The translations under genes and the position numbers were made by a program. Below the pieces are notes generated by a model. It saw nothing but the letters and a program-made list of their open reading frames with translations. It was not told the origin of the DNA and ran no database searches. This document shows, piece by piece, positions 54,274-63,300 of a DNA stretch of 64,000 bases (its first letter is position 1; each line of letters starts with the position of its first letter). Origin of the DNA: Dehalococcoidia bacterium (GTDB taxonomy: Bacteria > Chloroflexota > Dehalococcoidia > Lucifugimonadales > SAR202-VII-2); the NCBI GenBank assembly GCA_965263165.1, contig OZ253584.1, forward strand, positions 245,785 through 309,784. The letters run 5' to 3'.

Positions 54274-55392
54274 ATGACGACGGCAACAACGGCACAGACC
54301 AATCGGACCAAGGAGACGGCCGGAGCGGAGAGCGAGCTCAGGGCCGCTGCGAGGCGGCGGGGGCTCACCATGAAGGAGCTTGCGGCCATGATGGGCGTGA
54401 GCGCGGGCTACCTGTCGGGGCTTTCGACGGGGCGTACGCCGTGGACTCCGAAGATGCGCGAGAAGGTCGCGGCGGTCTTGGGAGAGGTCCCCGGACAGGG
54501 GATCGTCTACCGCCAGGGCAGCGTCGTGACCGGCGAGAGCAGCTTCATCAGGGAGCGCGCCCGCGAGATGGGCATGACCATGAAGGACCTGGCCGAGCGG
54601 ACCGGGGTTTCCTACAGCTACATGACCCAGGTGGCCCGTGGCCGCCAGCACATGGGCGTCAAGGTCCAGGCCAGGGTCGAGTCGGCGCTGCACGCTCCGG
54701 CGAAGATCGCGCCCGCCAAGTGCGCCAACCGACAGGTCGGCGTGGTGGCCGGGGAGTCCAGCTACATCCGGGAGCGAGCCAGGGAGCTGGGCATGAGCAT
54801 GACGGAGCTGGCCGAGCGGGCCGGGGTGTCCCACGGCTACCTGTCGCAGATATCCAGGGGCCGCGGGAGCATGGGCGTGAAAGTCCAGGCGCGGATCGAG
54901 TCGGTGTTGGAGGCTCCGGTGAAGGTCGCTCCCGCGCAGCCCGCCAGCATCGACCGGGAGGCGATGTGGGGCCGGATGGACGCTCACGGCTTCAGCCAGA
55001 ACGAGGTCGCCCGGCGAGCGGGCATCAGCTCCTCGTACCTCTCCCACATCATGAACGGCAAGTCCTCCCCGTCGGCGGGCGTGCTGAAGGGGCTGCACGG
55101 TGTCCTGTTCCAGCCGACGAGTGCGGAGCGCGTCATGCCCGCCGAGGTGAAGGTGTTGGGTTGGCGCAAGGGCGAGCGGAGCGGGATGGTGGTGCGCGGC
55201 GCCGGTGGCCCCGGGCGCGGCGACAAGGCCGGCGGCGGGACAGTCAGGGTCGGCGGCCGGGTGCCCTGGGGAGCGAAGGCGGAGTTCGCCTACCGCGCCG
55301 GGTACGACGGCATGGGCCGGGTCTCGGTGACGCACGTCGTCGAGCGGGGCTACTCCGTCATGCTGAAGCAGCCGGAGACGGTAGCTGCGTAG
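54274..55392 (+). CDS. protein with four tandem XRE-type HTH domains plus a C-terminal domain
   Basis: HTH 1 LTMKELAAMMGVSAGYLSGLSTG, HTH 2 MTMKDLAERTGVSYSYMTQVARG, HTH 3 MSMTELAERAGVSHGYLSQISRG, HTH 4 FSQNEVARRAGISSSYLSHIMNG. Real start is ATG 54274, after AGGAGGAAG. Confidence 0.7.
   Translation: MTTATTAQTNRTKETAGAESELRAAARRRGLTMKELAAMMGVSAGYLSGLSTGRTPWTPKMREKVAAVLGEVPGQGIVYRQGSVVTGESSFIRERAREMGMTMKDLAERTGVSYSYMTQVARGRQHMGVKVQARVESALHAPAKIAPAKCANRQVGVVAGESSYIRERARELGMSMTELAERAGVSHGYLSQISRGRGSMGVKVQARIESVLEAPVKVAPAQPASIDREAMWGRMDAHGFSQNEVARRAGISSSYLSHIMNGKSSPSAGVLKGLHGVLFQPTSAERVMPAEVKVLGWRKGERSGMVVRGAGGPGRGDKAGGGTVRVGGRVPWGAKAEFAYRAGYDGMGRVSVTHVVERGYSVMLKQPETVAA
54532..54969 (+). repeat. 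internal 219-nt tandem duplication (HTH repeats 2 and 3)
   Basis: GESSFIRERAREMGMTMKDLAERTGVSYSYMTQVARGRQHMGVKVQARVESALHAPAKIAPA versus GESSYIRERARELGMSMTELAERAGVSHGYLSQISRGRGSMGVKVQARIESVLEAPVKVAPA. Confidence 0.7.
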
Positions 55393-55655
55393 GGCTCCGT
55401 GACGCACCGCATGATGGGCGGCTGCCTCGGAGCAGCCTGGGACGGCCCACACCGGGCCGCATACGCGAGTCCCGCCGTGGGCGGGCCTTCGCACGTTCAA
55501 GCATTCGCCTGGGGGCGTTGCCGGAACCCGACCGCCCCCGCTGGGGCGGTGCAGTCCGTCTCCCGTCGCTCTCCGCCTAGCGGCGGCGACTGATGGAGAC
55601 GTGCGTCCGGTTCCGGCGTCGTCCTCTAACCACCACGAAAAGGAGGACGACTCAC

Positions 55656-58016
55656 ATGAACCTCGGAGGTTTCATAGACACGTTCAAGGACGCGATAGCC
55701 AAGAGGGTGGTCGAGTCCTACCCGCCGCTCTACCGGCCCTCGGAGAACGGCGGCACGCTCCCCAGGCTGCTCCGAAAGCCCCTGGGGGCGCAGGCCGACG
55801 CCATCAGGGGCGCGGCTCTCTCCCTCAAGGCCCACCGGGGCACCACCGTCGTCGGCGAAATGGGCACCGGAAAGACCTTCATCGGCGCCGCCGCCTCATA
55901 CATGGCGGGCTTCGAGCGGGTGCTCATCATCTGCCCGCCCCACCTGGTGCCGAAGTGGAAGCGGGAGATCGAGCAGACGGTGCCCGGCGTCCGCGCCGCC
56001 ATCGTCGAGTCCATCACCGACCTGGAGCGGCTGCGCCTCTCCATAGGCTCCGGCCCCCTCTTCGCGGTGATGAGCCGTGAGAAGGCCAAGCTGTCCTACC
56101 GCTGGATGCCCGCCGTGATACAGCGGTGGGCGACATCCAAGGGAAGGCTCCTGCGGGAGGAGGAGACGGGGGAGCCCTTCCGGGTCCCCTGCTGCCCCGA
56201 CTGCACGGCGCAGATCGTCGACAAGGACGGCGTGCCGTTGACGTTCGCGGACCTGAACCGCCGCAAGCACACCTGCGACGCCTGCGACGCCCCGCTGTGG
56301 CAGGCCGACCGATCCGGGCCTGCCCGATACCCTTTGGCCGACTACATCAAGCACAGGATGAAGGGCTTCTTCGACCTGCTCGTGACCGACGAGGTGCATG
56401 AGTACAAAGGGCGGGGCTCGGCCCAGGGCATCGCCGCCGGCATCCTCGCCGACGTGTGCGGCAAGTCCCTGTCCCTTACGGGCACGCTCTTGGGAGGGTA
56501 CTCCTCGACCATCTTCCACCTGCTCTACAGGTTCTCGCCGGAGATCAGGACGGAGTTCGGGCGCTCCGACGAGCACCGCTGGATACAGCGGTACGGCTTC
56601 GAGGAGGTCACCGTCGGCAAGCCCGACGACGACGCGGTGGAGGACGGGCGAAACAGCAGCCGCCGCAAGTACCGCAAGGTGGTGCGGGAGAGGCCGGGCC
56701 TCGTGCCCTCGGCCCTCTTCCACATCATCGGGAACACGGTGTTCCTGCGCCTCGCGGACGTTGCCTCCGGGCTGCCGCCCTACGAGGAGAAGATCCTCGT
56801 GTCCTCGATGGACTCGGAGGAGGACGCCACGGGCTACTCCCAGCGCAGCGCCTACAACACCGTGTTCGAGGAGCTGAAGAAGGAGTTGGCGGCCGCCCTC
56901 AAGAGCGGCTCCAAACGGCTGCTGGCGACCTACCTCCAGACCCTGTTGGCCTACCCGGACGGCTGCACCAAGGGGGAGACGGTGTTCGACCCCAGGACGG
57001 GCGACGTCATCGTCGCGGTCCCGCCGCTTTCCGAGGAGAAGCTCTACCCGAAGGAGAAGGCGCTGGTCGACCTGGTGGCCGCCGAGCGGATGGAGGGAAG
57101 GCGGGTGCTGGTCTACGTGACCCACACGGGGACGCGGGACATCACCGGGCGGATGGACGACATCCTCACCCGGCACGGGTTCAAGGTGGCGGTGATGAAG
57201 GCCGACGCGGTGGCCCCGAACCGCCGTGAGGCGTGGGTGGCCGACAAGGTGAAGGAGGGCATCGACGGGCTCATCTGCCACCCCAGGCTGGTGCAGACCG
57301 GCCTGGACCTCATCGACTTCCCGACGATTTGCTGGGACGAGACAGATTATTCGGTGTACGTCGTCCGGCAGGCGTCGCGGCGGTCGTGGCGCATCGGGCA
57401 GACCCGCCCGGTGAAGGTGGTGTTCATGTCCTACCGGAACACCCTGCAGGCCGACGCGCTGAAGCTGGTGGCGAAGAAGATGCAGAGCTCCCTGGCCGTC
57501 GAGGGAGAGCTGCCGGAGGACGGCCTCGCCGCATACGGGGACGACGGCGACGACATGATGATGGCCCTGGCCCGCAAGATCGTCAGCGGTGACGAGGAGG
57601 ACACCGAGACGATGGAGGAGGTGTTCGCCCAGGCACGGGACGCCGAGAGCGAGGCCGAGGAGCTGCTGGTTGACGACGGCTGGAAGGTCGTCGAAGTGGA
57701 GCCGGAGACCATTGCGGTCAACGGCAACGGGAATGCCAACGGCCACCACGAGGACGTGTTCGGGCCGACGGTCGAGCTTGTCCCGGCCAGCGGCCGGAAC
57801 GGAAACGGGCACGCGCCCGCCCCGGTCAACGGGAGCGGTAACGGCCACCACACAGAGGCCCCGGAGCCGCAGCAGTCGCTGTTCTCCTGGGCGGAATTCA
57901 TGGCCGAGGAGCCGGTGAAGTCCAGGGGCCGCAAGACCCAGGCACCGTCACTGTCCCTGTTCGAGTGGGCGGTGGAACAGGAGCGAGAGGAGGAGCCGGT
58001 CGGCGCAGGTCGCTAG
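55656..58016 (+). CDS. SNF2-family helicase with an inserted Cys4 zinc ribbon
   Basis: Motif I GEMGTGKT, II DEVHEYK, III LTGTLLGG, VI QASRRSWRIGQTRPVKV. Ribbon CCPDC...CDAC between motifs I and II. Asn/Gly/His-rich acidic tail. ATG 55656 follows AAAGGAGGA. Confidence 0.85.
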   Translation: MNLGGFIDTFKDAIAKRVVESYPPLYRPSENGGTLPRLLRKPLGAQADAIRGAALSLKAHRGTTVVGEMGTGKTFIGAAASYMAGFERVLIICPPHLVPKWKREIEQTVPGVRAAIVESITDLERLRLSIGSGPLFAVMSREKAKLSYRWMPAVIQRWATSKGRLLREEETGEPFRVPCCPDCTAQIVDKDGVPLTFADLNRRKHTCDACDAPLWQADRSGPARYPLADYIKHRMKGFFDLLVTDEVHEYKGRGSAQGIAAGILADVCGKSLSLTGTLLGGYSSTIFHLLYRFSPEIRTEFGRSDEHRWIQRYGFEEVTVGKPDDDAVEDGRNSSRRKYRKVVRERPGLVPSALFHIIGNTVFLRLADVASGLPPYEEKILVSSMDSEEDATGYSQRSAYNTVFEELKKELAAALKSGSKRLLATYLQTLLAYPDGCTKGETVFDPRTGDVIVAVPPLSEEKLYPKEKALVDLVAAERMEGRRVLVYVTHTGTRDITGRMDDILTRHGFKVAVMKADAVAPNRREAWVADKVKEGIDGLICHPRLVQTGLDLIDFPTICWDETDYSVYVVRQASRRSWRIGQTRPVKVVFMSYRNTLQADALKLVAKKMQSSLAVEGELPEDGLAAYGDDGDDMMMALARKIVSGDEEDTETMEEVFAQARDAESEAEELLVDDGWKVVEVEPETIAVNGNGNANGHHEDVFGPTVELVPASGRNGNGHAPAPVNGSGNGHHTEAPEPQQSLFSWAEFMAEEPVKSRGRKTQAPSLSLFEWAVEQEREEEPVGAGR

Positions 58017-58252
58017 GCCGCAACACGCAGGGGGAGGCAGTCGGCGACGTAGCGATTGCCCCCCCTGCCTTCCATGTATGGGGCCTTTTTGCGTTTCTGG
58101 AACTGGCGATAGCAGGCCCGCCTAAAGTCGATGAGGAGATAACCCGACCACCTGTCAGGGGTCAATGCTGGTCACTTCGGCCTTGGCTTCCGTGTCTCGT
58201 CTACCCAATGACTTATCATACAGGCTGCTTGGACAGCATGAGGCGTCCCGGC

Positions 58253-59221
58253 TCATAGGAAACGCTGTCCCGCATGATCTGCAAAGGCATCTGCGTCACG
58301 TATGTATCGCATTACCGTTGCCGGGTTGGTGTGCCGAGTAACCTCCATGATCTTATCCAATCGCGCGTGGTGAACAGCCGCGCTGGTGACAAAGCCCGCC
58401 CTCAACGAATGGCCTGCTATATCTTTCGGGTCCAGTCCGATGAGTGCTGCATAGTGCCTAAGGATACGAGGAATATCGCTATGGTGCATCGCCTTTCCTC
58501 GCAAATGCCCTCCTCGCTTCATTGTCTGGAAAAGCGGCCCTTTGGCGATGCCCGAGCCCTCCAGCCACAGTCGAAGGTGCTCTATCGGACGAATGATTCT
58601 TCCATCTAAGATCGCCACCCTTTGTCCTTTGCCGTGTTGGTCAGTCTTGGACTGGCGTATCGTAAGCCACATACGATCCTCATCATTCTCTCTCGAATCA
58701 AGGAACTCAACATCATCGACGATCAGATCGCATATCTCTGATCGGCGCAAAGCTCCGGCGAATCCGACGGCAATGATTGCGGCGTCCCTCCTGCCAATCA
58801 ACGTATTGGGACACGCTCGCAACATGGCTTTAATGTGATACTCTCGCAAAGCCTCGACTTTGCGGCTAGAGGAGCCTTTGAGCCGAGCCAACCCCTTGAG
58901 CGTCGCACGAACTATCGGATGACTCGTGGGTGACGGCTTGCCAGCCTCAAGGTACTTCTTGTTCACGGCACTCTTGTAGAGCATGACCGTGCCCATCGAA
59001 GGTGTTACACCGCTTTTCGGACTAGCACCAGTTGCCAGACGAACAAAGAAGCGGGCGACCCTATCGGGAGGAACCGATAGAGGATCGTCAATCCCCTCTG
59101 CAACACAGTAGTCCATGAACCTACTCCACCCTTTCTGATATGCCTTTCGAGTGTTGTCCGACAACTCCGAAGACATTGCCTCTATCTGCAAGTCCCTATC
59201 TGCCAATGCCAAAGCATCCAT
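58253..59221 (-). CDS. tyrosine site-specific recombinase
   Basis: ALRRSE (Arg I), HSLRAGF (His-x-x-Arg) and TVMRYI (Tyr). It lies next to the inverted methyltransferase segments. Confidence 0.9.
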   Translation of the reverse strand: MDALALADRDLQIEAMSSELSDNTRKAYQKGWSRFMDYCVAEGIDDPLSVPPDRVARFFVRLATGASPKSGVTPSMGTVMLYKSAVNKKYLEAGKPSPTSHPIVRATLKGLARLKGSSSRKVEALREYHIKAMLRACPNTLIGRRDAAIIAVGFAGALRRSEICDLIVDDVEFLDSRENDEDRMWLTIRQSKTDQHGKGQRVAILDGRIIRPIEHLRLWLEGSGIAKGPLFQTMKRGGHLRGKAMHHSDIPRILRHYAALIGLDPKDIAGHSLRAGFVTSAAVHHARLDKIMEVTRHTNPATVMRYIRDADAFADHAGQRFL

Positions 59222-59559
59222 ATCGTCCTCCGTGTCTCAGTAAGTATCGTCTCCATCAGCTTGTCCCATATGGTCACGGGATTCGGAGAGCGTACTGAGA
59301 CTGACCGATGTGAGGACCTACCGTCTGGATGAGGAGGGCCGGAGGCTCAAGCAGACGCTTGAGGACAAGCACTCGGCGTACTCGCAGGCATGAGCCTATG
59401 CGGTGTCCACCGGTGGTCTAAGGTATGAGGGGTCGGAAGTTGTAAGGAGGGATTTGAAGTTGGGCAGTCGCAGCACCGATACTCAGGCGCGTCAAGACGG
59501 ACGGGTCTGCCCTGCGGATGCGGTTACGCTGTCACACCGTAGGATGTGGATATGCAATT

Positions 59560-60285
59560 AACTACGGAATAAAAACCGGATTCAACGATGCCTTCATCAT
59601 CAATAACCAGACTAAGGAAGCGCTAGTCGCCCAGGACCAACGCTCCAAGGAGATCATCAAGCCTGTGCTGCGGGGCAAAGACATCCAGCGCTTTCGGGCG
59701 AAGTGGGCCGACATGTGGATTATCGACACGCATAACGGGTACGATGGTGTTCCGGCGATAAACATTGACGACTACCCTGCTGTCAAGGCTTACCTCGACG
59801 GCCATTATGAGCAGTTGGAGAAACGGTACGATAAGGGACGAACTCCGTATAACCTCCGTAACTGCGCTTACCACGCAGAATTCGTCAAGGAGAAGCTCTT
59901 CTGGATTGATTTGACGGAGGAAGGCAGGTTCGCGTATGACGATGGCGAGATGTTCTGCGTGAATTCTGCGTATATGCTGACGGGCAGTTCCCTCAAGTAC
60001 CTATGTGCTATCCTCAACTCCGCTCCTGTAACGTGGTTCATGCAGAATAGTGCGCTCAACTCAGGAATGGGCACCACCAGGTGGGTGAGATTCACTGTTG
60101 AACGTATTCCTATTCCCATTATCGATATCGCAGGTCAGCAACCATTCGTCCGAGCTGTGAATGCTATTCAAGATGCCTTGCGCACTGGGGCAGATACCAT
60201 GATCTTGGAATCCGACTTAGATAACCTTGTGTATGAACTGTACGGTTTAACCGCAGATGAGATCAGGGCTGCGAATCGGCAATGA
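59560..60285 (+). pseudogene. 5'-truncated, promoterless copy of the methyltransferase C-terminal (TaqI_C-like TRD) region; candidate silent specificity cassette
   Basis: It aligns with residues ~790-1024 of the 60345-63419 product: GIKTGFNDAFIINNQTKEAL/GITTGLNDAFIIDNQTKEAL, KPVLRGKDIQR, KYLCAILN/KYLCAVLN, ERIPIP/ERLPIP and ELYGLT/QLYGLT. It lacks the whole MTase part. Confidence 0.7.
59590..59692. repeat. left copies of inverted repeats IR-A and IR-B
   Basis: IR-A at 59590-59621, GCCTTCATCATCaATAACCAGACTAAGGAAGC. IR-B at 59674-59692, GGCAAAGACATCCAGCGCT. Confidence 0.85.
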
Positions 60286-60344
60286 ATCCGAGGTCTCGAC
60301 CAACCCAACAGCGTTGCCATTTCTGAGTCACAAATCCAGCCGGA

Positions 60345-63300
60345 CTAGAGACGTTGCTCCACCGCCGTGATCTCTGAGGGCGTCAATCCGTATAGCTGGT
60401 ACACTCTAGCATCAATATCTGCTTCGATTTCCTTTAGGTCGCCAGGCTTTGCCATCAATGCCCTATCGACCAGCCCGCTAAAGTGCTGCTGTCTCGGACC
60501 AGTGATTCTCGGTATGGGCAAGCGTTCGACATAGACCTTCTTCCACCGCAGTGTCCCCATACCGGAGGTGGGAGCCACGTTTTCCAAGAACCATCGAATT
60601 AGCTTTGCATTCAGGACGGCGCATAGGTACTTAATGGATTCGCCCGTGAGTAGGAAAGTCGTAGCTTCACCGTAGAATCCGCTGTTGTCGTAGGCGAAGC
60701 GGCCGTTGTTGACAAGTTCAATCCAGAGTAGTTTCTCCTTGGTGAAATCTTCGTGGTAAGCGCAGGTATCTTGCATTTCAAACCAGGCGTTGCTAGTCTT
60801 CTTTCTAGATCGTCCTCCGTTAGGAAGACGCTTACCCGATTGCTCCAATCTTCGTTTGCCAAAAGTAAGCAGGTATCTCTTCACAGCCGGATAGATATCG
60901 ATGTTGAGGTCGAGAGCAGGAAACGTAGCTATAAGCCACAAACCCTTCCACTGGGCTTGGTAGCGCTGGATGTCTTTGCCTCGTAGTACTGGCTTGATGA
61001 CCTCGGCAGACTTGGGGTCCTCCGCGATTAGTGCTTCCTTAGTCTGGTTATCGATGATGAAGGCGTCGTTGAGCCCGGTAGTTATTCCTCGATAAATTGC
61101 AATATCCCAATCTTTCAGTGGCGTTCCCTTGGCACGCATCTTGTCAAGCACGCTTTGTTCCAAGAGCGAAAGGATGCTCCAGGGGGCAGCGCCATCAGGA
61201 CGCACGAGGCCCCAGTGCCTCTCCTCCGGTGGAACGGTCGCCTCAGCCAGCCGGTCCATGTCTACACCCGGGAATTCCTTTCCGGAGCCGCCGGTTCTTG
61301 CCACAAGCACACCCGAGTCCACAATTGCCGAGTCGAACACATCCTTGCCCAATTCCAGCAGACGAAGAGGGGTGTGTTGGTCTGCAAAGTATTGGCGTGT
61401 GGATTTGCCGTATTCTGCCTTCAGCCAGCTGTTGGAGGTGATGTAGGCCAGCAGGCCGTTGGCGGGCTTGAGTGTCTGACAACCCCGCTCGTAAAACAAT
61501 TGATAGACATCCCCGGTACGGGCAAACGTCTTGTATCCGACACCCTTGTACAGGTTGCCTAGTAAGCCCTGATTGCCTTGCAGTTGCACGTAAGGTGGAT
61601 TCGCGATGGCAATGTCGAATCCCCGCCGCTGGGCGAACACCTCCGCAAACTCCACGCGCCAGTCAATGGCACCGGCGGGTTTCCCGTCTGCACCCAGGGA
61701 GCTACGCAACGCGGACTCGGCCTCCTGGATGGCATAGCGCAATTCCTCCTTGTCCGGGCCTTCAGAGGCGCGCATGTATTGCGCCTTCAACCTGCCCAAC
61801 CGTCGTACCGCGTCGGCATCGTAGCCCAGAGTTCCCTGCACCTCGACTCCCGGGCTAGGGTCTGGCCCAAGTAGGCTATCTCCGCAGAGCACCTTGAAAT
61901 CCAGGTTGGGCAGCGGTTCCGGACGTTCTCCCTCATAGTCAATAGCGAGCGAAAGCCACATCCTGAGCATGGCGATGTTGACGGCAAAATCGTCTATGTC
62001 CACCCCGTAGAGGTTTCGCTGGATGATTTCCAGTTTCAGGTCGTAGAGGGCCTTGGCGTCCACACCGGCGTTGTAAAGGGCGGTCTGGAGTTCGATGAGC
62101 TCCTGCATCATTCCCAGCAGATAGGCCCCCGACCCGCAGGCTGGGTCTACCACGGTCACGTGCTCCAAGGCTGCTGCCACACGTCGCGCTTCTGCCACTT
62201 GGATGCCCTCGGTAACGTGGCTGTCCACGAATAGGGCAATAGCTTCGGGCGTGAGGCCAGTGTCTTCTCCCTCAAGGTACCCCTTGAGGGCCTCTCGGCA
62301 CATGAAAGACACCACGTGGCGCGGCGTGTAGTAAGCCCCTGTGTCGTGGCGGCCCGTTACCAATTCCTCGAACATCTTCCCCAGCATCTCCGGGTCGACC
62401 GCCACCTCCACATCAAAGGGAGTGGACTCCAAAATGGTGAAGTTGAAGCGGTCGAACAACTTAGTGAAGATCTCGGTGATGCACTCGTCTGGGACGACTA
62501 TGCCGTCTCGGATGTCGAGTTCGTTCCGCTCAAACAGTCCGCCGTTTAGGAAGGGCACGTGACCTATGATCTCCGACAGGTAGGCTCCGGCGTTGCCCAT
62601 TTCGTTCGGATGCGGTTTGTTAAGACCATGAAAGAATAGCGGCCACAGCCGCTCATCGTAGAAATTGTCTCCATCCTTGTTCCGGTAGTCACTCCACAGG
62701 GCACTGAGGTATTCTCTGTCACCCTCGAAGGTGAGCCATCCTTTACGGGACAGAAAATAGATGAACATGAGCCGGTTGAAGAGTGTCTGGACGAACCGTC
62801 GCTTGGACTCACCCTCTTTGCCGAAGCCAGTAACGCTTTGCTCCACTAGATTGAAGACCCGCCTGTACTCCCGGAAGAATTCCCTGGTGACGGGCTCAAC
62901 GTCGAAAGCCTCGTCCAAGGCTATCTGGATGCTGCCAGTGTCCCGGTGCTTCCAGTAGATGTTGGAAACTTGCTGGACCGCCGTGCGACGGGGCAAGTCA
63001 CGCTCCACCACCATGCGGCGTAGGACCGGTCGGACGTTGTCGAAGTTGGGATACACGAGGTGCAACTGACTAGCGGAGGAATTGGTGACGACGAGGAGTA
63101 GGTCCCCGTCCAGCTGCTGGTTGATGAGCTTGGCAGCGGTGGCCGCCTCACCCTTGCCCACACGGTCCGACTCCGGTTTTTCTAGCGCGAGATACGCTAC
63201 TTGCACACCGTCCGAGTAGGCGACACGTTCCGCCGAAGTAGGCAGGGCCATACTGCTTGGAGCGGCGCCCAAGTCCACGTGTCCAGATGCTGGGTTGAAA

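Noticed and set aside
58243-58252. CCGGCTCATA matches the tRNA-Met anticodon-loop region and was considered as the right attachment site of the ICE.
   Set aside because: Only 10 nt match and the flanking bases do not continue the tRNA sequence. Serine recombinases do not generate long direct repeats anyway. The right end is probably beyond the window.
59518-60285. Treating 59518-60285 as an independent 255-aa gene.
   Set aside because: Its first ~14 codons (MRLRCHTVGCGYAI) have no SD and no homology. Similarity to the methyltransferase begins abruptly mid-domain. It is better explained as a silent TRD cassette.
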